Counted from the first letter of the stretch, positions 10,340 through 24,690 are shown. The stretch: DNA of 64,000 nucleotides from Eledone cirrhosa (GCA_964016885.1 OZ024741.1:412610001-412674000); one strand, 5' to 3'. The notes: generated by a model not told the origin, from the sequence alone. Translations and numbers: made by a program.

Positions 10340-11110
10340 CTAAGGAATATACTAAGTCAATATAGATGTCTCATAAGTGTGAATTTCAATTGATATATCT
10401 TTATATTTACTGAGATTTCCAAACTCTTTCAAGGAGATGGTACCATCTGATGGAATGCTCTTGTCAATTAAGAAGCATATTTTCTCTTTATGGCCCTTCA
10501 CAATTATACCAGGTCTGTTGACCTTGATTGTTCTGTCAGTGTTCACATGGAAGCCCCACAGGATTGTTATGTTCTTGCCTCCTGTTACTGCATCTGGGTG
10601 ATGGTTGTACCATTTCCCCTCCGTTTTCAGACCATAAAACCTGCATATTACCTAGTGTAAGCATTGCCCAACTCTATCATGCCTCATTTAATATTCTTGG
10701 GGAGCCAATACCTTGCAGCCTGAAACCAGGTGGTCAATGGTCTCAGCATGGTCATCACAGAATCGAGACTTTTGGTCAGTTCCATTTCTGATAACATTGG
10801 TTTGAAAGTTGCACATTGGGAGACATTGGTCTTGTGCAGCCAAAATGAATCCCTCTCTCTCTGCCTTTAGCCCAGAGGTCCACAGCCACTGATGGGTGGG
10901 GGATTGATCTACATCAGGTTCTTTGCTACGGCAAACACACTGGCCATGCAGTGGATTTTGCTCCCGTTTAGTGCAGTCTCTGTTGGCCTTCATATTTTCC
11001 CAACACTGATATTCTTTGCAGCTTTAATTTCAGAATCGACATTATTTTTTTCAAACTATATTCCCAGTTCTTCTACAAATTTCTTATTTTTCTTTGTGAC
11101 TGAATGTAAC
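10340..11110 (-). pseudogene. R4/Dong-like non-LTR retrotransposon 3' remnant (CCHC + REL endonuclease)
   Basis: PLHGQ...WLWTSGLKAE.EGFILAAQDQ...FCDDHAETIDHLVSGC..LA and TDRTIKVNRP.IIV...CFLID...KLSKYKD-type motifs, with stops and frameshifts. Confidence 0.8.
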
Positions 11111-11399
11111 TTTTTCCTTTATTATACCATATCAAAGAACATGAAAGAAATGATAATTTTATTGCATCTTTTTTCAGTCTTTCATTCCATAGAAGTAAGA
11201 CAGACTGGAGGAAGAGAAAATATGATATTTACAAGGAATATTAAAGAAACGGACAACCAAGTCTTGGGACAAAAGTCATCTTAAATATGGAACATCGAAA
11301 GGACAATTATAACTGAGTTTGTTTTCCTGAAGTTCAGTTCACAGTTGAAATATAATATTCCGTAAGTAAATATAGGAAAACCAAAAGTAAAAGAAGCAT

Positions 11400-11404
<5 letters not shown>

Positions 11405-11465
<61 letters not shown>

Positions 11466-11493
11466 AAACAACAACAACAACAACAACAACAAT

Positions 11494-11533
<40 letters not shown>

Positions 11534-11535
11534 GC

Positions 11536-11594
<59 letters not shown>
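11405..11594 (+). repeat. (CAA)n(TAA)n microsatellite followed by a short R4/Dong-like 3' end (11595-11730)
   Basis: Direct reading. 11595-11730 matches the reverse complement of 31495-31630 (QKACLLGTARTLRYVL). Confidence 0.85.
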
Positions 11595-11596
<2 letters not shown>

Positions 11597-12179
11597 CTTC
11601 AAAAGGCATGCTTGCTGGGAACAGCAAGAACCCTCCGATACGTCCTGAATATCTGAGGCTGCAGGTAGTGGCTTGATATTCATTTCAACAAACTTTCCAG
11701 TTAACTAACATCAATGACTGAGACTCAAAGAACAATAATAATAATAATAATAATGATAATAATGATAATAATAATTGTTTCTACTTTTGGCACAAGGCCA
11801 GCAATTATCCAGTAGATTACTGGTACTTTATTTTATCGACCTCGTAAGGATGAAAGGCAAAGTTAACCTCGGCGGGATTTGAACTCAGATCGTAAAGGGA
11901 CGTAACTATGCTGGAAAGCATGTCCGACCCTCTACCGATACTGCCAATTCACCGCCCTAATAATAATAATAATAACTAGCTAGGTCTGTGGAATACTATC
12001 ATTACCCACAATTAAGAGAGTAACATATTTGTGCAATTAACTTAATTTTGTTGAAGTAATTTACCCCCCCATAAATGGGTAGATTGTAAGGATTTCTGAA
12101 CGTGAGTAAAAGACCATAATGGCAACAACAACAACAGTAATATAACCGTGTGTATATATGTATATATATATTGCCGGCA

Positions 12180-13092
12180 ATCACATTGGACGCCGAGCTC
12201 TGGCTAGTTCAGCACCCTCAACTCCTTTGTCGATACTTGCCGGCGTACTATGAATCGGTTCCGTTTCCACCAGCATTCTCGTCTCTCTAACATCACGCGG
12301 ACATATCCTCCGTTCCTTCCGTATCCTCTCTTCTGTCCCCGTCACTTCTCGCTTTATTCCAAATCCACCCATTACTGCTTTTAAGCGCGCCCGCAACCTC
12401 CGCGACCTCCTGTTTCGCAGTTCCTTCTCGTCTTCTCCCACGACTCCACCCGGCTCTGATCCTTGTTCCCGTTCCCGCTGCAACACTTCTCCCTTTATTT
12501 CCACCCTCACCACTCTTACAGGCCCAAACGGGTCTTCCCGTATCCGCCATTCCTTCACCTGCACATCCACCCACGTTGTCTATGACCTCCGGTGTTCCCT
12601 TTGCGGGTCTTTATATATCGGACAAACTGGACGCCGAAATGGCAGACCGTTTTGCCAAACATTTGAGGGACATACAACTCGGTTTGGATACTCCTGTGGC
12701 CCGTCATTTCTCTTCAGTGATGTTTCAGTCCTGGGTGTCCTTTTACATCATGGATCACAAGCCTCACGCACCAGGACTGAACAAAGTCTGATTCTCCGCC
12801 TTGGGTCCTATTCCCCTCTTGGATTCAACTCACCTCCCCAATTTCTCTAATACCCCATCCATTATCATACCCCTAAATTCCTATCGCTTTCTCTTGATCA
12901 TTAGCAGATTCTATTACTACTATTACATGCCGACTATATATGCTCACTCCACTTTTCCCTTTCACTGCTCTGTATACACACATACACAACCTTATATTAA
13001 CACTTTTTGCTCAGAGCTTCGTACTGACATGCACACACACTTTTTTACTCATATATACACACTCATTTCTGCTTAGCTTCGTACGGACGTAT

Positions 13093-13176
<84 letters not shown>

Positions 13177-13545
13177 ACACACACACACACACAAGCTTAC
13201 GCACGTGCACAAGTATAGCTCTTTTTACAAAACGGTTTCTTTTCCATTTCAGGTAGACGCGCTCCATCATCGACTTTTCTAAAAAATAAATCATACACAA
13301 AACGCCGGCACCAACAGTTTTGCAAGAGATGTCAACATGAATGGACCTGTTATTTTTTTATCTAAAGACATTATTTCCAATTCCAAGCCGCCCGTCCCCT
13401 TAATCCATCTTATTTCTTATTCTTTCTTCTGATGAAGGACTAGCGTCCGAAACGTTAAGACCCTCTTCCTGCTATTTCAAGCGTTAACCTAATATATCCC
13501 TTCCATATACTGTACCGATTGTGTTGTTATTTCTGTTTACCTTTT
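12180..13545 (+). mobile_element. Penelope-like 3' remnant (Zn finger-GIY-YIG) with 3' hammerhead
   Basis: PCSRSRCNT...FTCTSTHVVY..CSLCGSLYIGQTGR..ADRFAKHLRDI (frameshifted), then a (CA)n UTR and a hammerhead. Confidence 0.85.
13425..13460 (+). ncRNA. Minimal type I hammerhead motif
   Basis: tctt-CTGATGA-a-ggac-tagc-gtcc-GAAA-cg-TT-aaga (AACGTT palindrome). Confidence 0.85.
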
Positions 13546-13595
<50 letters not shown>

Positions 13596-13736
13596 AAAGG
13601 TATAGACTTAGGAAATACTGTGAAAATTTAACAAATCCCCAGCACCAGCAATACCATCATTATTATTACCATCGTAATTTCATACCCATATCCACCAACA
13701 TCATCTCGTATTATCTCCAAAACCACCACCACCTCC

Positions 13737-13823
<87 letters not shown>

Positions 13824-13933
13824 GTTGGTATTTACGTCCCACATAGGAATGTGGTGGGATGGGTTGGTTTGTCTGTAGAAAAAAATACTTTTGAAACAGG
13901 TTATATCACTTAACGACTTCCCCTCTTCTAACT

Positions 13934-14016
<83 letters not shown>

Positions 14017-14034
14017 TAATACTAATAATAATGA

Positions 14035-14330
14035 TGTTTTATTTATTAGCCAAACAGGGCTCACAGTTAAGTTAACATTAAAGACTGTACAGGGCGATAC
14101 AGTAAAGGTTTTTTGTATGAAATAAATTTGTAACAGAGACTAAGAAAAATAAACGTTAAAAAAACAAACATAATAAATTCCCCAAAGATGAGAAGACTCC
14201 ACGGGACACTTGTGGAGAAAGGCCACAAAATCCATGGTCACCCTGTTCGCTAGGACACAGTGCCCTCTCCCAGTTGTTCTCTACCAGGCATATGCTCACG
14301 ATAGACGCTCTCACCCACCTTTGAAATTTA
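14035..14330 (-). mobile_element. Short Tx1/L1-like 3' end
   Basis: FQRWVRAS.VS resembles the C-terminus FYERWVKVAR at 60030; AATAAA-like tail adjoins (TAA)n. Confidence 0.45.
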
Positions 14331-14478
14331 CATGAATCAAAGGAACATATACAAATGTAAAACATACATGCCAATATATATGACTTAACATATTTCCCAC
14401 AACATATAACATGTACATACATTGATCAGCGATTTATTGACAAATTATATATAAAAGGTAAAAAGAGGATTAACACAT

Positions 14479-14520
<42 letters not shown>

Positions 14521-14523
<3 letters not shown>

Positions 14524-14671
14524 GTAAAATTCCGATATAACGAATTTTTCAGTATAACGAAATGTTTTTCAAACCCCCACGCTCAATGTGTTAGGTCGAT
14601 CTTGTTATAAAGAAATTTTCGTTACAACGAATGTTTGTACCCGGTGAATTTCGTTATAACGGAATTTTACA
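14521..14671. mobile_element. Tc1/pogo (Tigger-like) MITE
   Basis: TIRs caggtaaaattccg.tataacgaa / ttcgttataacggaattttaca, TA flanks, internal TAACGAA repeats. Confidence 0.75.
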
Positions 14672-14728
14672 TATATAAATATATAAGATATACTTAATTT
14701 TACTATATATAAAATATACTTAATTTTA

Positions 14729-14781
<53 letters not shown>

Positions 14782-14982
14782 ACATAAATACAGATAAATA
14801 AATATATTATACAATATATCGATATTTTAGATAGTTTTGTATTATTATTATTATTATTATTATTACAGTTGCATTTATCTTGCTTTATGTTCATACGAGT
14901 TATCACCAAGTCACAACCAGTGACCTCAAGAGAGAACATACATATTCACACATGCATCTTTAGTGTTTAGACTTGTGATGTA

Positions 14983-15280
14983 CTTATATTGACAGAATCT
15001 TCCTTAGTATATGGGCAGTTCCCATTAGTACTATCTTTTGTATTTCTCCTATACGCGGGTTTCCTGGGATTTGCGATATGTAATCATTAGACCCCTTAGG
15101 TATCATTCCCAGAGCGCCTACAACCACTGGTATTGTTTTAGTTCTCAATTTCCACATTTTTCCAATTTCTATCTCCAGGTCCTTATACTTGCTCAATTTT
15201 TCAAATGTTTTTATAGATACATTCTTGTCTATTGGAACAGACATATCAATTAGCAGGCATACCCTCTTTTGAAAGTCTTT
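14983..15280 (-). mobile_element. R4/Dong-like REL endonuclease 3' fragment
   Basis: CLLIDMSVPID...EKLSKYKDL...IPVVVGALG...IQKIVLMGTAHILRKIL, abutting (TAT)n. Confidence 0.85.
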
Positions 15281-15283
15281 CAA

Positions 15284-15338
<55 letters not shown>

Positions 15339-15346
15339 TATCCACA

Positions 15347-15913
15347 ATGACGGAATCAAAGGGATTAAAAAGAACAGCACTTGCTGCTTTGATCCCAGGA
15401 ACTAAATTTGATCCGACCACATTTGAGGTTACCGGTGTCTCTGACCAAGAAGCTCCCACCGTTGTCTTCAACTTACGTGGAACAATCTTTGAAACATATC
15501 GTTCGAATTTATACCGCAAGAATCTCAGTAATTTATCCGATAGCGACTTCTTAAATCAGTTTTATCGCAAGAAATTCAACGATTATTTCTTCGACCGTGA
15601 CCCTTCACTATTTTCATCCATCTTGGAATACCAACGGACGGCCATACTACATGTGCCTGTAACTGTTTGTGGTAAATTAGCCAAACAAGAGTTAGAGTTC
15701 TGGGGAATCAACGAATGCCGCATAGAAAAATGCTGTTGGAATAACTTCGATTCGTGGAATAAAACCTACGATTCACTGAACCAACTGGAAGAAGCTCAGA
15801 AAATCACATATGTGGAATATGATCCTCAAAGAATCGAGACAGAGAAATACGGAAGAATAAAATCAATAATCTGGAATTTTCTCACTAACCATAGGTCTTC
15901 AAAAGGCGCTCAA
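15347..15913 (+). CDS. Shaw/Kv3-like voltage-gated K+ channel, coding exon 1 (T1/BTB tetramerisation domain)
   Basis: ORF MTESKG...VVFNLRGTIFETY...YFFDRDPSLFSSILEY...LHVPVTVCG...ELEFWGI...EKCCW...SSKGAQ. It carries the exact HX5CX20CC Zn motif of non-Shaker T1 domains and ends at donor CAA|GTAAGT (15914), phase 0 (567 nt). The start ATG is the best guess; an upstream exon is possible. Confidence 0.9.
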
Positions 15914-15927
15914 GTAAGTATTATTGT

Positions 15928-15970
<43 letters not shown>

Positions 15971-16190
15971 GAGGGCGGTGGATTCGCAGTGTCGGTAGAG
16001 CGTCGGACAACATGCTTTGTGGCATATAGCTACGGCTCTTTACATTCTGAGTTCAGATCCCACCGAGGTGAGCTTTGCTTTTCATCCTTACGGGCTTAAA
16101 ATAAAGCACCAGTAATACATAGGAGAGGAGTCAATTTAATCGACTTTCCCCTTCCCCCCAAATTGCTGGCCTTGTGTCTAAAGTAGAAAC

Positions 16191-16235
<45 letters not shown>

Positions 16236-16239
16236 CACA

Positions 16240-17665
16240 CGGAAAAACTCAGCTTTATTCGCTGGAGATGGTAGAAAGTGTCAGCTGTCCACAACCAGCT
16301 AAGGTGACACTTGTTTACTGTCCATGCTTCAAGAACTCTACCGACAACTCTTGCTGCTTCATTCATGATTTATGTAAGTGTTCTGTCTTTATATTTGTTC
16401 CAATCTTTTCGAGCCATTGTCGTCATTTGTATTGTGCCAGTTTCAGGCCCTTACTACCAATGTGCCACACTGTTTCATCTTTCTCATTTCACATTCTACA
16501 TTTGTCACTCTCGGTTGTTTTATTAATTCTATAGTGTTAATGTTTGTTCTTGAGCCGCACAGTACTTCTGATTCTGTCTTCAAGTCATTCTTCCCCATCC
16601 ATAACCATCAGCCTTCTCTATCAGTCTTCGTCTTCTCAATACTGGCAATTAATCAAACCTCCCCCACAACAAGTATAACCGATTTGTGTCACTCTTGGGA
16701 TGAAATTCTTCCTGCAATGTCAATAATTTCCGTGTCTTCCTGTTTCAACTCCTCAGTTTCTTCTTTTGCCAATTTAATATTACAGCTGCATACCTACTTC
16801 GTATTATCATCCATGTATTCTCTGCTTGAAATTTATTCTTTGCACTCAATTTTTAGTGCAGCACCAATCATAGTTTTTAAAAATACTCTTTCTTCAGCGG
16901 TTCCTTCATTTCCTTCTCCATAATTCCATTGAACTGTCCTATGCCAAGTTACATATCAATTCGCTTCATTATTTCCTCATTAAGTAATTCTATCCATTCC
17001 AGGGAATGTACCTTGCCTTATTGCACAGTCATCACACCACACAACATCAACATTAAAACAACGGACATTGTTGGCCAAGGAAATCATTTGTAACTCATCT
17101 TTGCTATACAACTACAAATCAATCAAGTAGAGGAGATGATTGATCCTTTGTGTTTTTCCTTTGAACTGATATCCTATTATACTCCTCTTCAGAAAACCTG
17201 TTACATTCCATGTATTTCTAAACATATCCAAACATTCAATGATCCACAAATTTGGAATCGTATTGTAACTTTTGTGATAGTCAATCCACACCATTCCCAA
17301 ATTTTTCTTCTTTCTATTACAATCTTGCTTTACCATTTTATCAATAATTGGTCTTTTGTACTTCTGTATTTTCATCTCCATCCATTTTGTTCCTGTCAAA
17401 ATATTATCATCAAGACATTTGTACGTTTCTTCTGCAATCACTTCTGAAAGTAACTTCCACATTGAAGGAAGACAAGAAATTGTCCTGTAATTGTCAACAG
17501 TATTTCCTTTCGAGACATCGTTCAAACACAACACTGTTCAGCTTATGGTCAACTACATTGGAATTTGTTCTGATCCTTCAATCAACGCATTAAAGTGTTC
17601 TGCATTCAGTCTATGACACTAACAGAACTTCTTTATCCAGAATTCCTGACAACACCAGGTCCTGC
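16240..17665 (-). pseudogene. Degenerate R4/Dong-like LINE (RT remnant)
   Basis: NYRTISCLPSMWKLL...IDKMV...NLGMVWIDYHKSY...INHLLY; many disablements. Confidence 0.65.
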
Positions 17666-17779
17666 TACTTTTTAATTACTGGGGTTGATAAAATGAAGCA
17701 CCAGTAATGTACTGGAGGGGTTGAGAGAGAAAGAGAGCCAAAGAAAGATCCTACTGCCATAGAGGTAAACATTTTAATT

Positions 17780-18050
17780 AACCCAGGCTCTGCCACACTT
17801 TGGGCTAAGGAGCGTAAACTCTCCAAATATCGGTCACTCTCCGACAGGTTTGTTGTTGAGCCCATAGCAATGGAGGCTTCTGGTGTCTTTGGCTCTAGGG
17901 CTACCTCCCAACTCACCACCATCGGCACAGAGTTGGCTACTCGCAGGGGTGAGCCTCGCAAGCCGGAATGGATTTTCCAGCGCGTCTCCCTCACCATCCT
18001 CTATTCCGACCACTGGGGCTGCTGGGCGGCCAGCGCGTGGGCCCCCATTT
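17780..18050 (+). mobile_element. Short 3' fragment of the CRE-like element
   Basis: EASGVFGSRATSQLTTIGTELATRRGEPRKPEWIFQRVSL matches 44690-44880. Confidence 0.8.
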
Positions 18051-18778
18051 GCTCATAATAGTGAGTGATGGGGAGATCGGGAGAGATGGAGGCAATGACA
18101 GTAGGAGTTTGATTCCTGGTGTATATGAATTTATTTACCACACTTCCACACATTAAAACAAACTTTCCTGAATTACAGAAATTAGTAAGTAAATTCTTCA
18201 TTCATAAACCAATGGTAAATTTATTATTTTATTTTATTTTATTTTATTTTATTTTATTTATGCTTTTTAAAATAGCCTTCACATTTTGTTTGAATTTCAG
18301 AGGTTCTGATTGTGCAAAAAAAAAAAAAAAAAGGATACATAAAACGTAAATTTATTTTTTGGGTCATGCCCTTTTCACTGACAACACACCTAATGATTCT
18401 TCCAAGTGCGCAGCATTATACATGCTGACTGTAATAGAGAGCAGTATTAAAAAAATTACGACTGGACAAAACTGATAATATTTTTATCTACATTATTTGC
18501 TTTAAACAAACGGCAATAAATATTCTGCTATAATTCCTACTTTAGTTAAAATTCAGCAATCATATTTCAATGGTCAAATATTGTAACTTTAATAAAATAC
18601 CCGGAAATCAGTGGGTAGCTCAGATAGTATATATATATATATATATATATACTTCTCTCATTTCTCATCATATGCTTTAGACTCTTTTTCTTTCATTCTT
18701 TCCCTTCTTCTCTGAACATTCTTCCACTCGACGTTTTGCTATGCACAATAGCAGCTGATTGTATTTACAGCTACTTTA

Positions 18779-18837
<59 letters not shown>

Positions 18838-18859
18838 GTGTGTGTGTGTGTATTAATCA

Positions 18860-20300
18860 TCTGCTGATGCACATTACAACTAATATTCTGCTGGAATCTC
18901 AGTGTGATTTCCGTCTATATCGGGGCACTACAGATATGATCTTCACGGCGCGGCAGGTGCAGGAGAAGTGTACAGAGCAACAGCTTGATTTGTATAATTG
19001 CTTTATTGATCTCACAACGGCCTTTCACACAGCCAAAAAGCAGACCATTTGGAGTATATTCTTGAAATTTTATCATGAGAAGTTTACAGAATTTATACGT
19101 TCATTGCATGATGACATGAGAGTATGGGTCTGTGTGATTGGTGAGCTGCTATAACTTTCTCGAGACAGGCGTGATACAGGGTGACCTGCATGCTCTCACT
19201 TTGTTTGCCAACATGTTTGCTGTTGTTTTGCTAATAGCATTCACCAACAACGATGCCGCCATATATATACGTTATCGAACAACAGGAAGGCTTTTTAACA
19301 TTCGACAATTCCTCGCTACATCAAAAAAATATATCACACTGATACGTGATGACTGTGATCTTATTGGCCACACAGAAGAAGACCTTCAACTCATGATGGA
19401 TTGCTTCTCGGCAGCATGTGATGAATTTGGGCTGAGAATTAGCCTGAAAAAGACAGTGGTGATATACCAGCATGTACTCGGAAAGCCATATATTCCACTG
19501 TCTACATCTATCAAAGGGAAAATATTGAACGTTGTGGATAAGTTTGTCTACCTGTGTTGTACTCTCTCCGGCACCAGAATCATTGATGAAGAGTTGAGAT
19601 ACCAGCTGTCTAAAGCTTCCGATTTTTTGGTAAGCTGGAGAAGCACATGTGATCACAGTCAGATATCAGTGTACGCACGAAAGTCAAAGTGTATGAGGCA
19701 TATGCGCTTATAGTGATGCTCTATGGATGTGAGGCATGTACAATATACAGTGGACGTATCCAGTTTCTCGAACGTTTCCACCAAAAATGCTTGTGCTCCA
19801 TCTTAAAGATCTCACAGAGGCCTCATACACCAGACACTGATGTGCTACAGCAGGCCTTTATGCCAAGCGTCAAGAGCATGATCATGAAACAGCACCTCCG
19901 ATGGACAGGTCATATAGTATGCCTAAATGAGAGCAGAATCCACAAGCAAGTTTTGTATGGCAAATTATTGTAAGACAAATGCTTATAGTGCAAACCACAC
20001 AAGCGCTTCTAAGACTGCCTGAAAGATAACTTGAAGAAAGTCAACACCAACATGGAAACATGGGAAATATTGCAACTAATAGAGCCCAGTAGAGAAACCT
20101 CATTGCTGCCAGGGTTGAGGAATTTGAAAAGAGGCAGAGGGCCTATGCTGAAGTGAAGCGAGCAGCATAGTATATGGGGTTGTTAGTTCGCTACTAGAAC
20201 GAGTTTTGAAAGAAACTCTTACCTGTGGGTAATGTGGATGTGTACGCATGTCAAAGGCTGGGCTATTAAGCCAAAACATACGTCGTATTCATGGAAATAA
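18860..20300 (+). pseudogene. RTE/BovB-type LINE RT remnant
   Basis: ESQC.FR..RGTTDMIFTARQVQEKC...FIDLT.AF; GL.ISLKKT; LYGCE; LERFHQKCL; LRWTGH...LYGKL. Confidence 0.85.
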
Positions 20301-20637
20301 CATCTTTGAGTTTGTTTTCTTCGTTCTAAGTAGTGTCCGCAGTCGAACACGAGTAGGCTTTCCACTCTATATGTATGTATATATGTATATATTTATTATG
20401 TATGTATGTTCTTCTGGTTTTATAATTTCACAAAGTTGTACCAATAGAGAGAGAGAGTCGATTTCTAACATAGACACAAGACTCTCTCATTGGAATTTAC
20501 ACAACATCAACTAGGTATATATGTATGTATGCATGCATGTGTAGATATGGATGTTATTGTATGTGTGGATGTGTATATTTTGAGTTGTATGTGTGCATGT
20601 GTATATGCTTTGCATCTGCACATGTGTATATGCAGTT

Positions 20638-23125
20638 ATTAGATGCAAAATCTTTGGAATGTTTTACATATTTTTACTGTTCCATTAATGGATTGTACTT
20701 GTAATTTCCTAACTAGTGTTATTTCTGTTCCTGTGAACCCTAGCTTCTCAAGATTTGTATTGAGGCAGTTACTAACATACCCCAGTGCCCCAATAACCAC
20801 AGGCATAAATCTGAAGGTGTAATCAGGGTGGAGTATCTGCAGATTTCTCATCAGTTCTGCATAAATATTCTCCTTTTAGCTAATCTTTGATATTATATTG
20901 GCATCTGTTGGGCAGCTAAATTCAACTACTGTGCATGACTTCTTTTCCCTGTCCCATATCATAATATCTGGTCTGTTAATGCCTCCATTTCATTGGGGTT
21001 TTTACTGGAACATTCCACCAGTACTCTTTCATATTATGTATATGTATGTCTTCCACATTGCTGTATCTTTTAATGTGTTTATTATCGGGGCTATCTTTTT
21101 TACAGATTGCATTGTACAGTGATTTGGCCACTACATCATGCCTCATAAGTAGATAGTAGCGCAATGACATCTTTGGACAGCTGCTGATGACATGGGTGAC
21201 ATCTTCCATGTTAATTCTGCAGAGTCTGCACTTGTTATCACATTTAGGTGTTTTGCCTGCATCCCTATCTCTTTTGTGAATCAGGTATTTCATGTTGATT
21301 TCCTGTTCTTGGATTGCAAAAGCGTATCCTTCAAAGTGGGAGCCAATATAGCGGTTGTTGGTCCAAGATAGACTACTTTCCTTATCTATATTACTCTCAC
21401 TCTGGAGCTTCCTGGCAACATATCCATGCATGATTTTTTGCTGAAAAGCATGCAGTCTTTCATCCATGGATTCACTGCGATACTGCTGAGCGACATCCCT
21501 GATGTGAGTTTTTGATTATCACACAGGGAATACCTATCTTATCTGTTTCATGCAGATAGCCTTGCTTAAGAGACGGGTTCCTACACTTTGAGGTTCGTAG
21601 ATGTTGTCGGAGGGATATGATGCGACATTCAAATGTTGTCTGGACTGATGTTAGGCCTCTGCATCCCTGCCTACGTTTCAAGTAAAGGCGGTCTATGTCA
21701 CTGTTGATGTGGAAGTTTCCGGTGGTTTTTATTATTTTTTGAGTTCTAACATCAATTGCTCGGATTTCGTCTATCGTCCAATTGAATATTTCAAAAGTTG
21801 GTGTTAGGACAGGCACAGCAAACACATTATCAGCCATTGTTTTGTTTTGCGCAGAGAGTTCCGATGACCAGATCTTTCTTAATCGGGTGTAGTATTCCCT
21901 GGTTACGCGTTGCTTATTACAGATACCATTATAGGAAATGTTCTCATCTATCCCCAGGTATCTGTAGCATTCCTCATCAGATATTGATGAAACAGTTAGG
22001 CCATTGATACAAATGTTGCTAGATTGGGTTGTTGTTTTTCCGCGCTTTACAGTCATGTATGAGCATTTATCTTGGCCAAACTCCATTCCTATAACCTGTG
22101 AGAATGTTGTAACCAGGTCAAGATTTTTCTTCATCCCATCCATGTTCTTGGCATAGAGTTTCAGATCGTCCACAAAGAAATTATGGGTTAGGTTCGTATT
22201 TCTGTCCTCCTGTGAGCCAATGATGTATCCCTCACATTTCTTGAGCAGAAAGGACAAGGGGCTTAATGACAAGATGAATAGTATCACAGAGGGACTGTCT
22301 CCCTGCGATATTTTATTTTATCAGTGAAGTAGAGTCCTCCTTCTCTGTCTTTAACTTTAGGATAGTAGCCCAAGAAGAAGACAGCTTCTCTATGGCTCTG
22401 ACAATAATGTCTGGGACTTTAGCAAGTTGGAGGGCCTCTATCATCCAAGAGTGGGGAACAGAATCGAAAGCTTTCTTGTAGTCCAGCCAGACTGTAGTCA
22501 TATTCCTCCTAAGTTGTCGCACCTCCGACATCGCAGTTTTGTTGATTAGGAGTTGTTCAGCACATCCCCAAACCCTTTTCTTTCCAGGTGCTTGTTTATC
22601 TGTGATGTTATTATTTTCACAGTGATCTTGGAGGAATAGGTTGAGGCAGGCTGTATACATCTTATACATCAGGTTCTGGCATGCAATGGGTCGGTAGTTT
22701 TTTGCCAAGTGGGTGTCTTTGTTCTTGGGGACCAGTAACGTTTGTGCTAATATCAACCATTCTGGTATAAGTGTATCTCCCTTAAGAACTTGTTGGTAGA
22801 GGTCAGTAAGATACCTCCGATAGAATATTAGTTTTTTGTACCAGTAGCCGACAATCATGTCTCTTCCTGGTGTTTTCTTATCTTGGAGTTTTCCTATCAC
22901 AGTCTCAAGGGTACCCTCACTTATTTCGTATGTTTTTGTTGTAGTGTAGGAGCAAAAGTTCTTTCGGATTTCTCTTAGCCACACTGCATCTTGGTTGAAA
23001 TTCTTCTTTTCACCCCATATTTTTCTCCAAAAGGAATCTATGTCTTTCTGGGATGGGGCCTCAGTGACACTTATTATTTTGCCCTTCATATCTCTATAGA
23101 CTGATGTTTGGTTTCGTCTAAATCT
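20638..23125 (-). pseudogene. 5'-truncated R4/NeSL-type REL LINE (RT, CCHC, endonuclease)
   Basis: NYRPIAC...WLDYKKAFDSVPH; THNFFVDDLKLY; CRLC...HVISSC; PVVIGALG. A related 3' piece lies at 23278-23690. Confidence 0.9.
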
Positions 23126-23155
23126 TTATTGTATGTATATATGTATGTATGTATG

Positions 23156-23189
<34 letters not shown>

Positions 23190-24637
23190 TGTATGTTATC
23201 TCTTTCTCTTAATTTCGAGTATATTTTTTTTGACCGGCCACCTTCCTGGTGGCAAGGTTGTAAAAGAAAAGAAATTGTCATCCCTTGAATCGCAAGACTG
23301 TTTTGCAAATTTTGAAGGTGCCAGCTATCGCAGCCATTTGTAGACTATGAATTAGGGAGCTGCGCTTTTTGTCCGCAAATCCAAGTTCAGTCATACTTTG
23401 GTCCAAGCGGGTTGGTATATAACCCGTAGCTCCAATAATTGTTTCTACGTTTGGCACAAGGCCAGAAATTACCCAGAGCATTACTGGTACTTTATTTTAT
23501 CGACCCCGTAAGGATGAAAGGCAAAGTTAACCTCGGCGGGATTTGAACTCAGAATGGCATGGCCGTAACTCTATACGTCAAAGCATAGCGTCCGACCCTC
23601 TATGCTTTGACGTATAGAGTTACGTAGCTCCAATAATGATGGGTATGAAGCTAAAGGTGTATCTTGGATACTGGATTTGTAAACTCCTCTGTATGTATGT
23701 ATGTATGTATGTATGTATGTATGTATGTATGTATGTATGTATGTATGAATGAATGTATGTATGTATGTATGTATGTATGTATGTATGTATGTATGTATGT
23801 ATGTACATATGTATGTGTGTATGTATGTATACATATATGTACATATGTATGTACATATATATGAACATATGTATGTACATATATATGTACATATGTATGT
23901 ACATATGTATGTACCTATGTTTACATATATGTATATATGTATGTACACATATATGTATGTACATACATATGTATGTATGTACATATGTATATATGTTCAT
24001 ATGTATATATGTACGTGTGTTCACAATAAAGTACCGCCAAAATTTCACTAAAATTCTCTTCTTAAACCGCAAAATACCTGTAAATATAAAGATTTACACG
24101 TGGCAATAGAATTCTCTCAAAGAACATAACACTTATCTTCCGTTAATACAATCTATTTAACTATGGGAAAATAACAAGTTTTATTTATTCTCTTATTAAA
24201 GACAACACATTTGAACAAAAGCTTTAAACATTACTCTTTTATGTAAATTATTTTGTTTGTCTTGAAGAAGATGTGATTCAATATGAATAATGTATATTAA
24301 CACTTCCGTTAAAATGTGGTAACTACGCAAATATAACAAAACAGTAACTGATTATAATAATTATTCAAACGTATCTATCAAAGATCGGAAAACTTTATAT
24401 TTCTATTCAATACATTTTGTCACGGCAAATTCTTCATTGTCGTAAACTGCCTCATATCTTTTATAAAGAGAAAACCACCTGAAAGCTGGTCGGATACTTA
24501 ACCCTGTCATAACAGGTGAATGTCTACTGAATAAAAGGTAGGTTTAAATGATATAAAAGGTGTTTTATATATAATGTTGTAACTATTTCAATTGTTTTGT
24601 ACAATAAACCATCTGGCACTGATCACCTATCCTTAAA

Positions 24638-24690
<53 letters not shown>

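Noticed and set aside
11334-11683. Poly-Leu / poly-Cys ORFs, and similar YI, CV, MYVC and poly-Ser/Val ORFs elsewhere
   Set aside because: Microsatellite translations with no coding signal.
15269-15346. Poly-Tyr N-terminus of the 276-aa ORF
   Set aside because: Translation of (TAT)n from a non-ATG start. The poly-Thr/SINE C-terminus after 15913 is likewise intron read-through.
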